Positions 7,534 through 15,611 of a DNA stretch of 18,804 nt are shown here, piece by piece. Below the pieces are notes generated by a model. It saw nothing but the letters and a program-made list of their open reading frames with translations, had not been told where the DNA came from and did not search any database. A program made the translations under genes and the position numbers. The stretch is from Burkholderiaceae bacterium (GTDB lineage Bacteria; Pseudomonadota; Gammaproteobacteria; Burkholderiales; Burkholderiaceae_F): the NCBI GenBank assembly GCA_035502095.1, contig DATJUX010000031.1, positions 1-18,804 on the forward strand, read 5' to 3'. Numbering within the stretch: position 1 is the first letter of the stretch; each line of letters starts with the position of its first letter.

Positions 7534-8118
7534 TCACGAGCACGTGACGAGCATCGTCATCGATCCGCCGGCGGCGATGGTCCCGCTTCCGTTCCTGACG
7601 ACGCAGGTCTGGCCCGCGGGTTGCACCGCGACCGTGACGTCGTAGGCGGTGCCCACGGGCAGCGTGCCGGGGAACGCGAACGCACCGTTGACATCGACCG
7701 GCAGCGGGGTCGTTCCGTTGGCAAGCGTGACGCTCGTGCCCGGCGCGAGGCCGGAGATCGTGCCGCCGAGCGACGACGTCGTGGTGCACGTCACCGCGAC
7801 GTTGTCGACCGGATCCCCTTGCGCATCGAGGGTGCCGCTGCCGTCGGCGACGGCGCATGTCTGGCCCGCGGGCTGCGTGAGCACCGTGATGCTGTATGTG
7901 CTGCCCCCGGGCACGACGGTCGGAAAGTGAAACGCGCCGTTTTCGGTCAGCGTCAGGTTGTCATCGCCATTGTTCTGCAGCGTCACGCTGGCACCCGGGT
8001 TCAATCCCGACAGTGCGCCGCCGACGCTGGTCAGGTTGTTGCCGGTACAGGCGGCGAGGGCAAGCGACAGCGAGACGGCGATGCCCCGCGCGCGGATCGA
8101 TACGCGCATGAGCGTCAT
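7534..8118 (-). CDS. Lipoprotein built from two tandem ~80-aa Cys-containing repeats (probable Ig-like beta-sandwich domains), 194 aa.
   Basis: Lipobox LALAAC. Repeat 1 is LSGLNPGASVTL...NGAFHFP...YSITVLTQPAGQTCAVADGSGT...VAVTC. Repeat 2 is ISGLAPGTSVTL...NGAFAFP...YDVTVAVQPAGQTCVVRNGSGT...MLVTC. It starts 12 nt after the htrA-like stop at 8131. The alternative start M4 (8107-8109) is possible. Confidence 0.6.
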   Translation of the reverse strand: MTLMRVSIRARGIAVSLSLALAACTGNNLTSVGGALSGLNPGASVTLQNNGDDNLTLTENGAFHFPTVVPGGSTYSITVLTQPAGQTCAVADGSGTLDAQGDPVDNVAVTCTTTSSLGGTISGLAPGTSVTLANGTTPLPVDVNGAFAFPGTLPVGTAYDVTVAVQPAGQTCVVRNGSGTIAAGGSMTMLVTCS

Positions 8119-8130
8119 GCCGGTGGCCGT

Positions 8131-9585
8131 CTACCCCAGGCGCACGGGCACGTACATCCTCTGGTCGCCGCGCTGGACCAGAAGCGCCACCGCGTTGTCG
8201 AGCCGGCCGAACGCCGCATTCGCGTGCTCGACGCTCGTCACCGGGTGGCCGTCGACGGCGAGGACGATATCGCCCGGTTGCAGGCCCGCGCGTGCAGCCG
8301 GGCCGCTCACCGCTTCGAAGAGCAGTCCGAACGCGACGCCCGACTGGCGACTCTCCTCGGCTTGCAACGGGCGCAGAGCGAATCCCAGCCTGCCTCGTGC
8401 GATCGGAACGGCAATCGTCGCTTGCGCGGACGCCGGCGGCGGTTCCTCCAGCCGAAGGTGTACCGAGCGCGGCGCACCCGCGTGCCAGAGGTCGAGCGTC
8501 AGCTCGTCGCCGGGCTGCGCCAGGCCAAGCATGGCCGGCAGCTCGCCCGACGACTCGATCGCATGTCCGTTGACCGCCAGCACGATGTCGCCGCTCTGCA
8601 GCCCGGCGGTTTCGGCCTGGCTGCCCTGCTCGACGCTCGCGATCAGCGCGCCGCCTGGCCTGGCGAGCTTGAATGCTTCGGCGAGCGTCTGATCGACCTC
8701 CTGCACGGCGACCCCGAGCTTGGCGTGGTGCACCACGCCGCTCTTGAGGATCTGCTGCGCGACGCGCTGCGCGATGTCGATCGGAATCGCGAACGAGAGC
8801 CCCTGGTATCCGCCGGAGCGCGTGTAGATCTGCGAGTTGATGCCGACCACTTCGCCGCGCAGGTCGATCAGAGGGCCACCCGAGTTGCCCGGGTTGATCG
8901 CGGCGTCGGTCTGGATGAATGGAACGAAATCGCCCGGCAGCGACCGGCGCGTGGCACTGATCACACCCACCGTGACGGTGTTCTCGAAGCCGAACGGCGA
9001 ACCGATCGCGAACACCCAGTCGCCGACGCGCAGCGGCGTCTGCGCGGAGGCGAGGGCGGCGACCGGCAGGTCGCGCGCTTCGATCTTCAGCACGGCCACA
9101 TCGGAGGGTCTGTCGAGCCCGACGATCCTGGCGCGAAACTCGCGACGGTCGGTGAGCTTGACGATCACCTCCTGGGCGTCGTTCACCACGTGGGCGTTAG
9201 TGAGGACGACGCCGTCGCCGCGGACGATGAAGCCGGAGGCCTGCACCTGCAGCGGCACGCTGATCTTCGGCGGCAGGCCGCCGAACTGCTGCTGGAAGCG
9301 GCGCAGGAAGTCGCGCATCGGGTCGACGTCGGGCGCGTCGTCGCCGTCGTCGTCGGCATCGGCGACCGTCGCGATGTCGCGGCTGCCGCTTGCCGTAATG
9401 TTCACCACGCTCGGGCCGACGCGGGCCGCGAGGCCGGCGATGTCCGGCAACGCCGCCGGCCCGGCTGCAGTCGCCGCGGTCCGTTTGCCGTCGGGCGGCT
9501 GTGCGGAGGCCTCGGCCCGCGCGCACGCGACGGGACCGGCACAAAAAAGCGTGAAGGCTGCGCACAGCGCCAGGTTGCGCCACAT
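8131..9585 (-). CDS. DegP/HtrA (Do/MucD-type) periplasmic serine endoprotease with two PDZ domains (484 aa).
   Basis: Track ORF 8131..10014 trimmed to the ATG at 9583-9585 (MWRNLALCAAFTLFCAGPVACA, signal peptide), with GGGAG 10 nt upstream. The catalytic triad is in canonical context: TNAHVV (His), DVAVLKI (Asp) and GNSGGPL (Ser). Two PDZ-like segments follow (GALIASVEQGSQAETAGLQSGDIVLAVNG and AVSGPAARAGLQPGDIVLAVDG). An acidic insert DADDDGDDAPDVDP precedes the protease domain. Confidence 0.9.
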   Translation of the reverse strand: MWRNLALCAAFTLFCAGPVACARAEASAQPPDGKRTAATAAGPAALPDIAGLAARVGPSVVNITASGSRDIATVADADDDGDDAPDVDPMRDFLRRFQQQFGGLPPKISVPLQVQASGFIVRGDGVVLTNAHVVNDAQEVIVKLTDRREFRARIVGLDRPSDVAVLKIEARDLPVAALASAQTPLRVGDWVFAIGSPFGFENTVTVGVISATRRSLPGDFVPFIQTDAAINPGNSGGPLIDLRGEVVGINSQIYTRSGGYQGLSFAIPIDIAQRVAQQILKSGVVHHAKLGVAVQEVDQTLAEAFKLARPGGALIASVEQGSQAETAGLQSGDIVLAVNGHAIESSGELPAMLGLAQPGDELTLDLWHAGAPRSVHLRLEEPPPASAQATIAVPIARGRLGFALRPLQAEESRQSGVAFGLLFEAVSGPAARAGLQPGDIVLAVDGHPVTSVEHANAAFGRLDNAVALLVQRGDQRMYVPVRLG

Positions 9586-9845
9586 GCCAGAAGCTCCCGG
9601 GCGGCGCGCAGTCTGCGGCGCTCTGAGTCCCGCCCGATGGCAAATGCCACACAATCCGAGACAAGTGTCGCGCAAGGGGAGCCCGCAAGGTAAACGCAAG
9701 CTGAACGACCGTCCCGCAACGGGAAATGGTCGTGCTCCGATCCACGGCGCCGCTTCTCCGGTTGTGGAGCGGTGTTGCAGCCCGCGCCCGCGTTGTGCGA
9801 TCCGCACCGGCAGGCGCAACCCACGCAGGCGCGAGCGCGGCGGAA

Positions 9846-10307
9846 TCAACCGGGCTCGCTCTCGCTGCGGACGGACTCGGCGCGGCGACCCTGCAAGCGC
9901 TGCACGAGCATCGCGACCAGTACCGCGGCCGCCGCCGAGGCGGCGGTGGCAGGGGAAGCCATGAGCGCGGGCCCCAGCCAGTCGACCGCGTCGAGGCCCG
10001 CCTCCTGCGCGCAATCGGCAAGTGCGACCACGTCCGCACTGCGCACGTGCGCGATGTCATCGGGACGCACCACCGGGTCCTGCAGGCCGCCGCGCAACCG
10101 CATCCGCGCGAACACGCCGTTGGCGATGGCAGAGAGCGCCAGCACGCCCAAGGGGCGCAGCAACGCCTCGATCATGTAGCCGCGCTCGGCCGGCGGTGCA
10201 TCCTCGTAGACCTTGCCCACCAGCTGCGCGACCGTCAGTTCCGACACCTCGAACGCCGGTTGCGGGGACCGGGTCTCGACGGGGACCGCGCGAAGATCGA
10301 CCTTCAT
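9846..10307 (-). CDS. Hypothetical protein (153 aa) with no recognisable family, lying between the hybrid kinase and the htrA-like gene.
   Basis: Complete ORF with ATG at 10305-10307. Strong GC3 bias (nearly every codon ends in G or C) and no low-complexity Arg runs, unlike the antisense artefacts. The SD is weak (AAGG). No signal peptide is evident. Confidence 0.4.
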   Translation of the reverse strand: MKVDLRAVPVETRSPQPAFEVSELTVAQLVGKVYEDAPPAERGYMIEALLRPLGVLALSAIANGVFARMRLRGGLQDPVVRPDDIAHVRSADVVALADCAQEAGLDAVDWLGPALMASPATAASAAAAVLVAMLVQRLQGRRAESVRSESEPG

Positions 10308-10466
10308 GATCGCCTTGCTGCCGTCGCCTCCATGGCGCGCGTCGCAATTGTTGTACGCGACCTATGCGCCGCCGCGACGAAACGCCGCCGCGTGCGTGTC
10401 ATCTGACTTGGAATCGCATCTCACGCGTCACGCACCGGGCTGCACCGGCGCGCGCGCCGCTGCGGC

Positions 10467-12539
10467 TCAGCGCAGCAGGTCGGCGAGCGCGCGCGCGAGG
10501 TCGACGCGCTGCAATGGCTTGGCGAGCACGCGTGTCACGCCCACCGCGGCCGCGCGTGCTGCGAGCAAGGCGCCGCCGTAGCCGCTGACGAGAAGCACGG
10601 GCACGCTCGGCGCCACCGCGCGCAGCTGCTCGGTGAACTGCGTCCCGTTCAGGCGCGGCATCACTTCGTCGGTGATGACCGCGGCGAAACGCTCGGGCTG
10701 GGCGCGCACCGCGTGCAATGCCTCGACCGAATCGCTGAAGCCGATCGGCTGGTAGCCCAGTCCTTCGAGCATCTCCTGCGCGAGCGCGACCAGCGCGGGC
10801 TCGTCGTCGACCACCAGCAGCGCCTGTCCCGCACCGCGCGGGGCGAGTACCGGCGGCGGCGCGGGTGCGCCGAGCGCCGCGGCGGTCTCGGGAAAATAGA
10901 GCGTGAAGCGCGCGCCCTGCCCGGGTTTGCTCTGCACGTCGATCGCGCCGCCGAATTCGGCGATCACGCCGTGCACGACGGCGAGCCCGAGCCCGGTGCC
11001 CGACTGGTCGCCGCGCGTGGTGAAGAAAGGCTCGAACAACCGCTCCATCACCGCGGTGGAGATGCCCTTGCCCTGGTCCGAGATCGACAGCGCGAGGTAG
11101 TCCCCTGCCCCGAGGCGGCTGTGCGACAGCACGCGCGTTGCCGCCACGTGCGCGCGCGCCAGGCCGACGCTGACGGTGCCGCCTTCCGGCATCGCCTGCA
11201 TCGCGTTCGTGCAGAGGTTCATGATCGCCTCGAAGGCCTGGGTGGGATCGCCGCGCACGTTGCCACCAGCCGCATCGAGGGCGCGCTCGAGCACGATGCC
11301 GGGCCGCAGCGAACCGGAAAGCAGCGTCAGCACCTCGCTCACCACTGCTTCGAGCTCGAACACGGTCGACGTGCGCGCGCCGCCCCGGCTGAACGCGAGG
11401 ATCCGCTCGGACAGCGCCTTCCCGCGCAGCGCGGCCCGCATCACCTTGTCGAGCTGCCGCGCCTGGTCGCTGCCGGGCGGTGCGGAATCCTGCGCCAGTT
11501 CGCCGAAGCCGATGATCGACGCGAGCAGGTTGTTGAAGTCGTGCGCCACGCCGCCCGCCAGCGTCCCCAGCGATTCGAGCTTGCTCGCGCGCGCGCGTTG
11601 CGCGTGCAGCGCACGCTGCGCCTCCAGCCGGCGGCGGTCGGCGCGTTGCACGAGATGCACCGACGCAACCAGGATCGCGAGCAGGATCACCGTCCCTGCC
11701 GCGGCGACGCCGGCCGCCTGCTGCCAGGGCGCGAGCACCGCCGGCAGATCGCGCGTGAGCACGACGCTCAGGCCGTATCGCTGCAAGGCGTGGAAGCTCA
11801 CCAGCCGTTCGCTGCCGTCGTGGAACTTGCGCACCTCCATGCCGCGCATGACGGCCAGCCGTTGCGCCACGGTAGCTTCATCGAGCCGCGGGTTGGCCAC
11901 GATCGAGCCGGCGAGACGCACGCCGTCGTCGCGGAACACGGCCATCCGCGCGTCGGACGCGGGCGAAGCCGCCGAGAACGCGCCGAGCAGCGCCGGCGCC
12001 GGCAGCGCCGCGAGGATCCACCCATCGGTGGCACCTTGCGGGCCCGTGAAGCGATAGGCGAGCGCGACCACCGACTGTTTTGCGCCCGGTTCGATGAACG
12101 GGCGGCTCACAGCGAGCGTGCGGTCAGCCAGCCGGCCGAGCGCGGGCTGGAACGACTGCAGGTCGGGCGGCGGCGCCTCGGCCGATGCCGACAGCACGCG
12201 GCCGGTGTGGTCGACCAGCCAGAGCGTCTGCACGAGCGGCATCAGCTGGGCGCGGGTCTGCAGCGCCTCCGCCGCGTCGGCGCCGAGCAGCGTCGCCGGG
12301 TGTTCGCGCAGTTCTTCGCTGATCGCGCCGAGGCCCGCTTCGGCGCCTCTCAGCCCGCGGTCCAGGTCGTCGGTCAACGCGAGCGAAAGCAGTCCGAGTT
12401 CGCGCGCCTGCACGTCGACCGCGTCGCCGCGCAGATGCCAGAGCAGGACCGCAGCCGCGGCGGCCGCGGCCAGCGCGATCCCGAGCGCCGCCCACGTCAG
12501 GGGCGACACGTTCAGCAGTTTCGAGATCACGCCTTTCAT
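10467..12539 (-). CDS. Hybrid sensor histidine kinase (690 aa). It has two TM helices flanking a ~240-aa periplasmic sensor domain, a HisKA domain, a HATPase_c domain and a C-terminal receiver domain. There is no Hpt domain.
   Basis: Track ORF trimmed to the ATG at 12537-12539 (MKGVISKLLNVSPLTWAALGIALAAAAAAAVLLW). The second TM is AAGVAAAGTVILLAILVASVHLV. H-box is LAGGVAHDFNNLLASI, N-box is NLCTNAMQAM, G-boxes are DQGKGI and GTGLGLAVV. The receiver has LLVVDDEP, VITDEVMP and LAKP. Confidence 0.85.
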   Translation of the reverse strand: MKGVISKLLNVSPLTWAALGIALAAAAAAAVLLWHLRGDAVDVQARELGLLSLALTDDLDRGLRGAEAGLGAISEELREHPATLLGADAAEALQTRAQLMPLVQTLWLVDHTGRVLSASAEAPPPDLQSFQPALGRLADRTLAVSRPFIEPGAKQSVVALAYRFTGPQGATDGWILAALPAPALLGAFSAASPASDARMAVFRDDGVRLAGSIVANPRLDEATVAQRLAVMRGMEVRKFHDGSERLVSFHALQRYGLSVVLTRDLPAVLAPWQQAAGVAAAGTVILLAILVASVHLVQRADRRRLEAQRALHAQRARASKLESLGTLAGGVAHDFNNLLASIIGFGELAQDSAPPGSDQARQLDKVMRAALRGKALSERILAFSRGGARTSTVFELEAVVSEVLTLLSGSLRPGIVLERALDAAGGNVRGDPTQAFEAIMNLCTNAMQAMPEGGTVSVGLARAHVAATRVLSHSRLGAGDYLALSISDQGKGISTAVMERLFEPFFTTRGDQSGTGLGLAVVHGVIAEFGGAIDVQSKPGQGARFTLYFPETAAALGAPAPPPVLAPRGAGQALLVVDDEPALVALAQEMLEGLGYQPIGFSDSVEALHAVRAQPERFAAVITDEVMPRLNGTQFTEQLRAVAPSVPVLLVSGYGGALLAARAAAVGVTRVLAKPLQRVDLARALADLLR

Positions 12540-12787
12540 ACGCTGTGGTTGGCCGCGAAACAGCGCCGCCCGCTGCTCTCCCCGCGGCTCATCGCCCGGG
12601 CCGCGCCCATCGATGTGTCGACGCGCTGCACACTCCCCTGATCGACAGCCCGAGGTGCGCCTCCGCGGGTCGGTATTTCGACGCGGACATTCAATCGCCC
12701 TTCCCGCTCCAGCCAGTGGCCCGCCGAACGCCGCCGATCCTGCCAAGCCCCGTGGCGGGTTTCGGTGTCAGGCCGGAGCAGGGCTTG

Positions 12788-12842
12788 TGACATTTGACCC
12801 AAGCGGGTAACGCCCGCCGTTTTGGTTCGGGGTCATTTGTCA
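12788..12842. promoter_or_regulatory. Two copies of a CATTTG-centred 11-nt motif (TGACATTTGAC at 12788-12798, GTCATTTGTCA at 12832-12842), 44 nt apart, in the divergent HK/efflux intergenic region. A candidate extended -10 (TGgTTAAAT, 12892-12900) lies downstream.
   Basis: Seen directly. The 442-nt intergenic region lies between the hybrid HK start (12539) and the OMF start (12982). Confidence 0.2.
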
Positions 12843-12981
12843 TCGAAGCACCCGCACCTTGTAACACACGTGTCCCGGTGAACGCTCAGGCTGGTTAAAT
12901 GAGTGTCTTCGGACTTCCTTTGCTCCGCTTCATGACGATCGCCATGAACCCGCCCTGCGCTGCAAGCACGCCGTCCGCGCC

Positions 12982-14409
12982 ATGTCCCGACGTCACCGGC
13001 TTGCGTGCCTGACGGCTGCGGCAGGGTTTCTTGCCGGCTGCGCGGCGGGTCCTGACTACGTCCGCCCTCGCATCGAGGCGCCCGCCGCCTACAAGGAGGC
13101 CGGCCCTTGGAAAGACGCCGAGCCGAGCCAGGTCGACGCCGCGCACCCGTGGTGGACCCAGTACGGCGACGACAAGCTGAACGAGCTGATCGACGAAGCC
13201 AACAAGGCCAACGAGAACATCCGCCTTGCCGAGGCGCAATACCGCGCGGCACGCAGCGCGACGGACGCCGCCCGCGCCGGCTACTACCCGACGCTGGGTG
13301 CGACCGCCGCCGCCGGACGCGCGCGTACGATCTCGAATGGCGTGATCGAGCTCGGCAACTCGGCGAGCGTCGCGCTCGTCACGAGTTGGGAGCCCGACCT
13401 GTGGGGCAGCGTGCGCCGCTCGGTCGAGGCGGGTACGGCCGGCGAGCGTGCGAGCGCGGCCGACCTGGCCGCCGCGCGCCTCAGCGTGCAGGCGCAGCTG
13501 GCGCAGGACTATTTCCTGCTGCGCGCCACCGACGAAGGTATCGACCTGTTCGCCCGTACCGTCGAGGCCTACACGCACGCGCTGAAGCTGACGCAGGACC
13601 AGTACAAGGCGGGCATCGTCCTGCGCTCGGACGTCGCGCTTGCCGATACGCAGTTGCAGTCCGCCGACGCGCAGCGCATCGACCTGCTGGCGCAGCGCGC
13701 GCAACTCGAGCACGCCATCGCTTTCCTGCTCGGCCGTGCGCCCGCTACCTTCACGCTGCCGCCGGCCCAGCCCACGGCGCGCATCCCGGTGACGCCCGCC
13801 GGCGTGCCGTCCGACCTGCTCCAGCGCCGGCCCGACATCGCAGGCGCGGAACGCCGGGTCGCACAAGCCAACGCGAACATCGGCGTGGCCCGCGCGGCGT
13901 ATTTCCCCAGCCTGGTGCTCGCGGCGAGCGGCGGCTACGACAGCAGCCACCTCGCTCCGCTGCTCGAGGCACCGGTCCGGGTCTGGTCGCTCGGTGCGGC
14001 GCTTGCGGGCACGCTGTTCGACGGCGGCCTGCGCGCCGCACGCGATGCGCAGGCGGTCGCAGCGTACGACGCCACCGTGTCGCAATACCGGCTTACCGTG
14101 CTCGGGGGCTTCCAGGAGGTCGAAGACAACCTGGCCACCCTGCGCGTGCTCGACGAGGAAGCGACCGTGCAGGAGCGCGCGGTCCAGTCCTCGCAACTTT
14201 CGGAACAGATGGCCCTCAGGCAGTACCGCGCCGGCACGGCGACGTACCTCGCGGTCGTCACCGCGCAGACCCTGGCGCTCGGCAACGAGCGCACGCTGGT
14301 CCAGCTGCGCGCGCGCCAGCTCGTGGCCTCCGTGGCGCTGGTCAAGGCGACGGGCGGCGGCTGGGAAACCGCGATGCTTGAAACGGAAGCGGCCGCGCCG
14401 GCACGCTGA
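12982..14409 (+). CDS. RND efflux outer-membrane factor lipoprotein (NodT/OprM family, 475 aa).
   Basis: Lipobox FLAGC. The AAGPDYVRP motif follows immediately after the lipid-modified Cys, which is the hallmark of OMF lipoproteins. Two TolC-like repeats and QAQLAQDYF / LRQYRAGTATYLAV signatures are present. TGA stop at 14407-14409. Confidence 0.9.
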   Translation: MSRRHRLACLTAAAGFLAGCAAGPDYVRPRIEAPAAYKEAGPWKDAEPSQVDAAHPWWTQYGDDKLNELIDEANKANENIRLAEAQYRAARSATDAARAGYYPTLGATAAAGRARTISNGVIELGNSASVALVTSWEPDLWGSVRRSVEAGTAGERASAADLAAARLSVQAQLAQDYFLLRATDEGIDLFARTVEAYTHALKLTQDQYKAGIVLRSDVALADTQLQSADAQRIDLLAQRAQLEHAIAFLLGRAPATFTLPPAQPTARIPVTPAGVPSDLLQRRPDIAGAERRVAQANANIGVARAAYFPSLVLAASGGYDSSHLAPLLEAPVRVWSLGAALAGTLFDGGLRAARDAQAVAAYDATVSQYRLTVLGGFQEVEDNLATLRVLDEEATVQERAVQSSQLSEQMALRQYRAGTATYLAVVTAQTLALGNERTLVQLRARQLVASVALVKATGGGWETAMLETEAAAPAR

Positions 14410-14429
14410 TTCGAACTCGAGAGGCATCC

Positions 14430-15611
14430 ATGACTCCCGCCCGCGCCCGCCGCTACGCGATACCCGCCGCCGTTCTCGTCGTCGTCGTGCTGGGCGCGGT
14501 GTGGGCGCTGGCCCATCGCGCCAGTGCGGAGAATCCGCCCGCCGCCAAGGTCACGCCAGCGGTACCGGTCACGTCGACGCTGGTACGCGAGCAGGACGTG
14601 CCGCTTTACCGCACAGGCGTCGGCACGGTGGTCGCCGCAATGTCCGTGACGGTCAAGCCGCGCATCGACGGCCAGCTCGACAAGGTGGCCTTCACCGAGG
14701 GACAGGACGTCAGGGAAGGCCAACTGCTGGTGCAGATCGACCCCCGCACGTTGCAGGCGCAACTGCTGCAGGCCAAGGCACAGAAGGACAAGGATGAAGC
14801 GCAGCTCGTCAACGCACGCGCCGACCTGGCGCGCTACCTCATGCTCATCGGCGAGGACGCCGCCACCCAGCAGCAGGTCGACACGCAGAAGGCCCTGGTC
14901 GCGCAGCTCGAGGCGGCGATCAAGACCGACGCGGCGCAGATCAACTTCGCCGAGGTGCAGCTTACCTACACCACCATCACGGCACCGATCAGCGGCCGGG
15001 TCGGCGCACGCCTGGTCGACCCGGGCAACATCGTGCACGCCGCCGACCCGGGCGGCCTGCTCGTCATCAACCAGATCGATCCGATCTCGGTCGTCTTCAC
15101 GCTGCCGGAGGACGTGGTGCAGCAGATCAATGCCGCGCAGCGCGCGAGCCGCACGCCCCTCACCGTGGTGGCGTATCCGCGCATCGGCGAGAACCCGATC
15201 GCCACCGGCCGGCTGATCCTGCTCAACAACCAGATCGACACGTCCACCGGGACGGTGCAGCTCAAGGCGAGGTTCGCGAATCCCGACCACCAGCTGTGGC
15301 CGGGGCAGTACGTCAACGCCAGGCTGATGCTCGGCCGCCGCAGCCGGGCCATCACGGTGCCCGCCGCCGTCGTGCAGCGGAGCCAGGACGGCACGTTCGC
15401 GTACGTGGTGGACAGCGACAAGACGGTGCGCACCCAGCCGGTCGTCGTGGCGCAGATCCAGGACGGCATGGCCGTGATCGACAAGGGCCTCGCCGCGGGC
15501 GAGCGCGTCGTGGTCGACGGACAGTTCAAGATCAAGCCCGGCATCAAGGTGGTCGAGACCTCCGGCGCTGCGCAGGCGCCGGCGGCGCCGCCCGCGGAGG
15601 CTTCCAAGTGA
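14430..15611 (+). CDS. RND efflux periplasmic adaptor (membrane fusion protein), MdtA-like, 393 aa.
   Basis: GAGAGG (SD) lies 5 nt before the ATG at 14430. An N-terminal TM anchor is present. Motifs recalled from MdtA: YRTGVGTVVAAMSVTVKPRIDGQL, AKDKDEAQLVNARADLARY, ITAPISGRVG, QIDPISVVFTLPE and VQLKARFANPD. Confidence 0.9.
   Translation: MTPARARRYAIPAAVLVVVVLGAVWALAHRASAENPPAAKVTPAVPVTSTLVREQDVPLYRTGVGTVVAAMSVTVKPRIDGQLDKVAFTEGQDVREGQLLVQIDPRTLQAQLLQAKAQKDKDEAQLVNARADLARYLMLIGEDAATQQQVDTQKALVAQLEAAIKTDAAQINFAEVQLTYTTITAPISGRVGARLVDPGNIVHAADPGGLLVINQIDPISVVFTLPEDVVQQINAAQRASRTPLTVVAYPRIGENPIATGRLILLNNQIDTSTGTVQLKARFANPDHQLWPGQYVNARLMLGRRSRAITVPAAVVQRSQDGTFAYVVDSDKTVRTQPVVVAQIQDGMAVIDKGLAAGERVVVDGQFKIKPGIKVVETSGAAQAPAAPPAEASK

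Noticed and set aside
7429-9693. 754-aa plus-strand ORF
   Set aside because: It is antisense to the well-supported htrA and lipoprotein genes. It is extremely Arg/Ala/Gly-rich and low-complexity with no motifs. This is a typical high-GC antisense artefact.
9586-9845. Search for a sigma-E/AlgU-type promoter (GAACTT-N16/17-TCTGA) upstream of htrA on the minus strand
   Set aside because: No convincing match was seen by eye (no AAGTTC...TCAGA pair on the plus-strand text). This cannot be excluded without a proper PWM scan.
10446-10459. 14-nt perfect GC palindrome CGGCGCGCGCGCCG just downstream of the kinase stop
   Set aside because: It could be a terminator stem, but no U-tract follows on the minus strand. 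(CG)n palindromes arise readily in GC-rich DNA.
10713-12641. 642-aa plus-strand ORF. The same reasoning applies to 2879..3919, 3920..5149, 845..1720, 1883..2785, 12895..14427 and 13935..15290.
   Set aside because: All are antisense to genes with clear domain motifs (HK, dehydrogenase, protease-like, flotillin, OMF). They are Arg-rich low-complexity translations expected in ~68% GC DNA.
12540-12746. N-terminal extension of the kinase ORF to an ATG at 12746. There are analogous extensions of the protease-like ORF (to 5539), the regulator ORF (to 7293), the HtrA ORF (to 10014) and the WXXGXW ORF (to 7858).
   Set aside because: The extensions are Arg/Pro-rich and lack RBS. They place signal peptides and TM helices internally. 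Internal ATGs give canonical N-termini with SD sequences.
12803-12826. Plus-strand hairpin GCGGG-taac-GCCCGC followed by CGTTTTGGTT, resembling a small intrinsic terminator
   Set aside because: The stem is only 5 bp. It lies in a divergent promoter region with no upstream plus-strand gene to terminate. It is more likely chance or a regulatory structure, and the evidence is insufficient.
12934-13014. 27-codon plus-strand ORF (MTIAMNPPCAASTPSAPCPDVTGLRA) overlapping the OMF start in another frame
   Set aside because: It has no RBS and is out of frame with the lipoprotein signal peptide. It is short and probably fortuitous. A leader peptide cannot be fully excluded.
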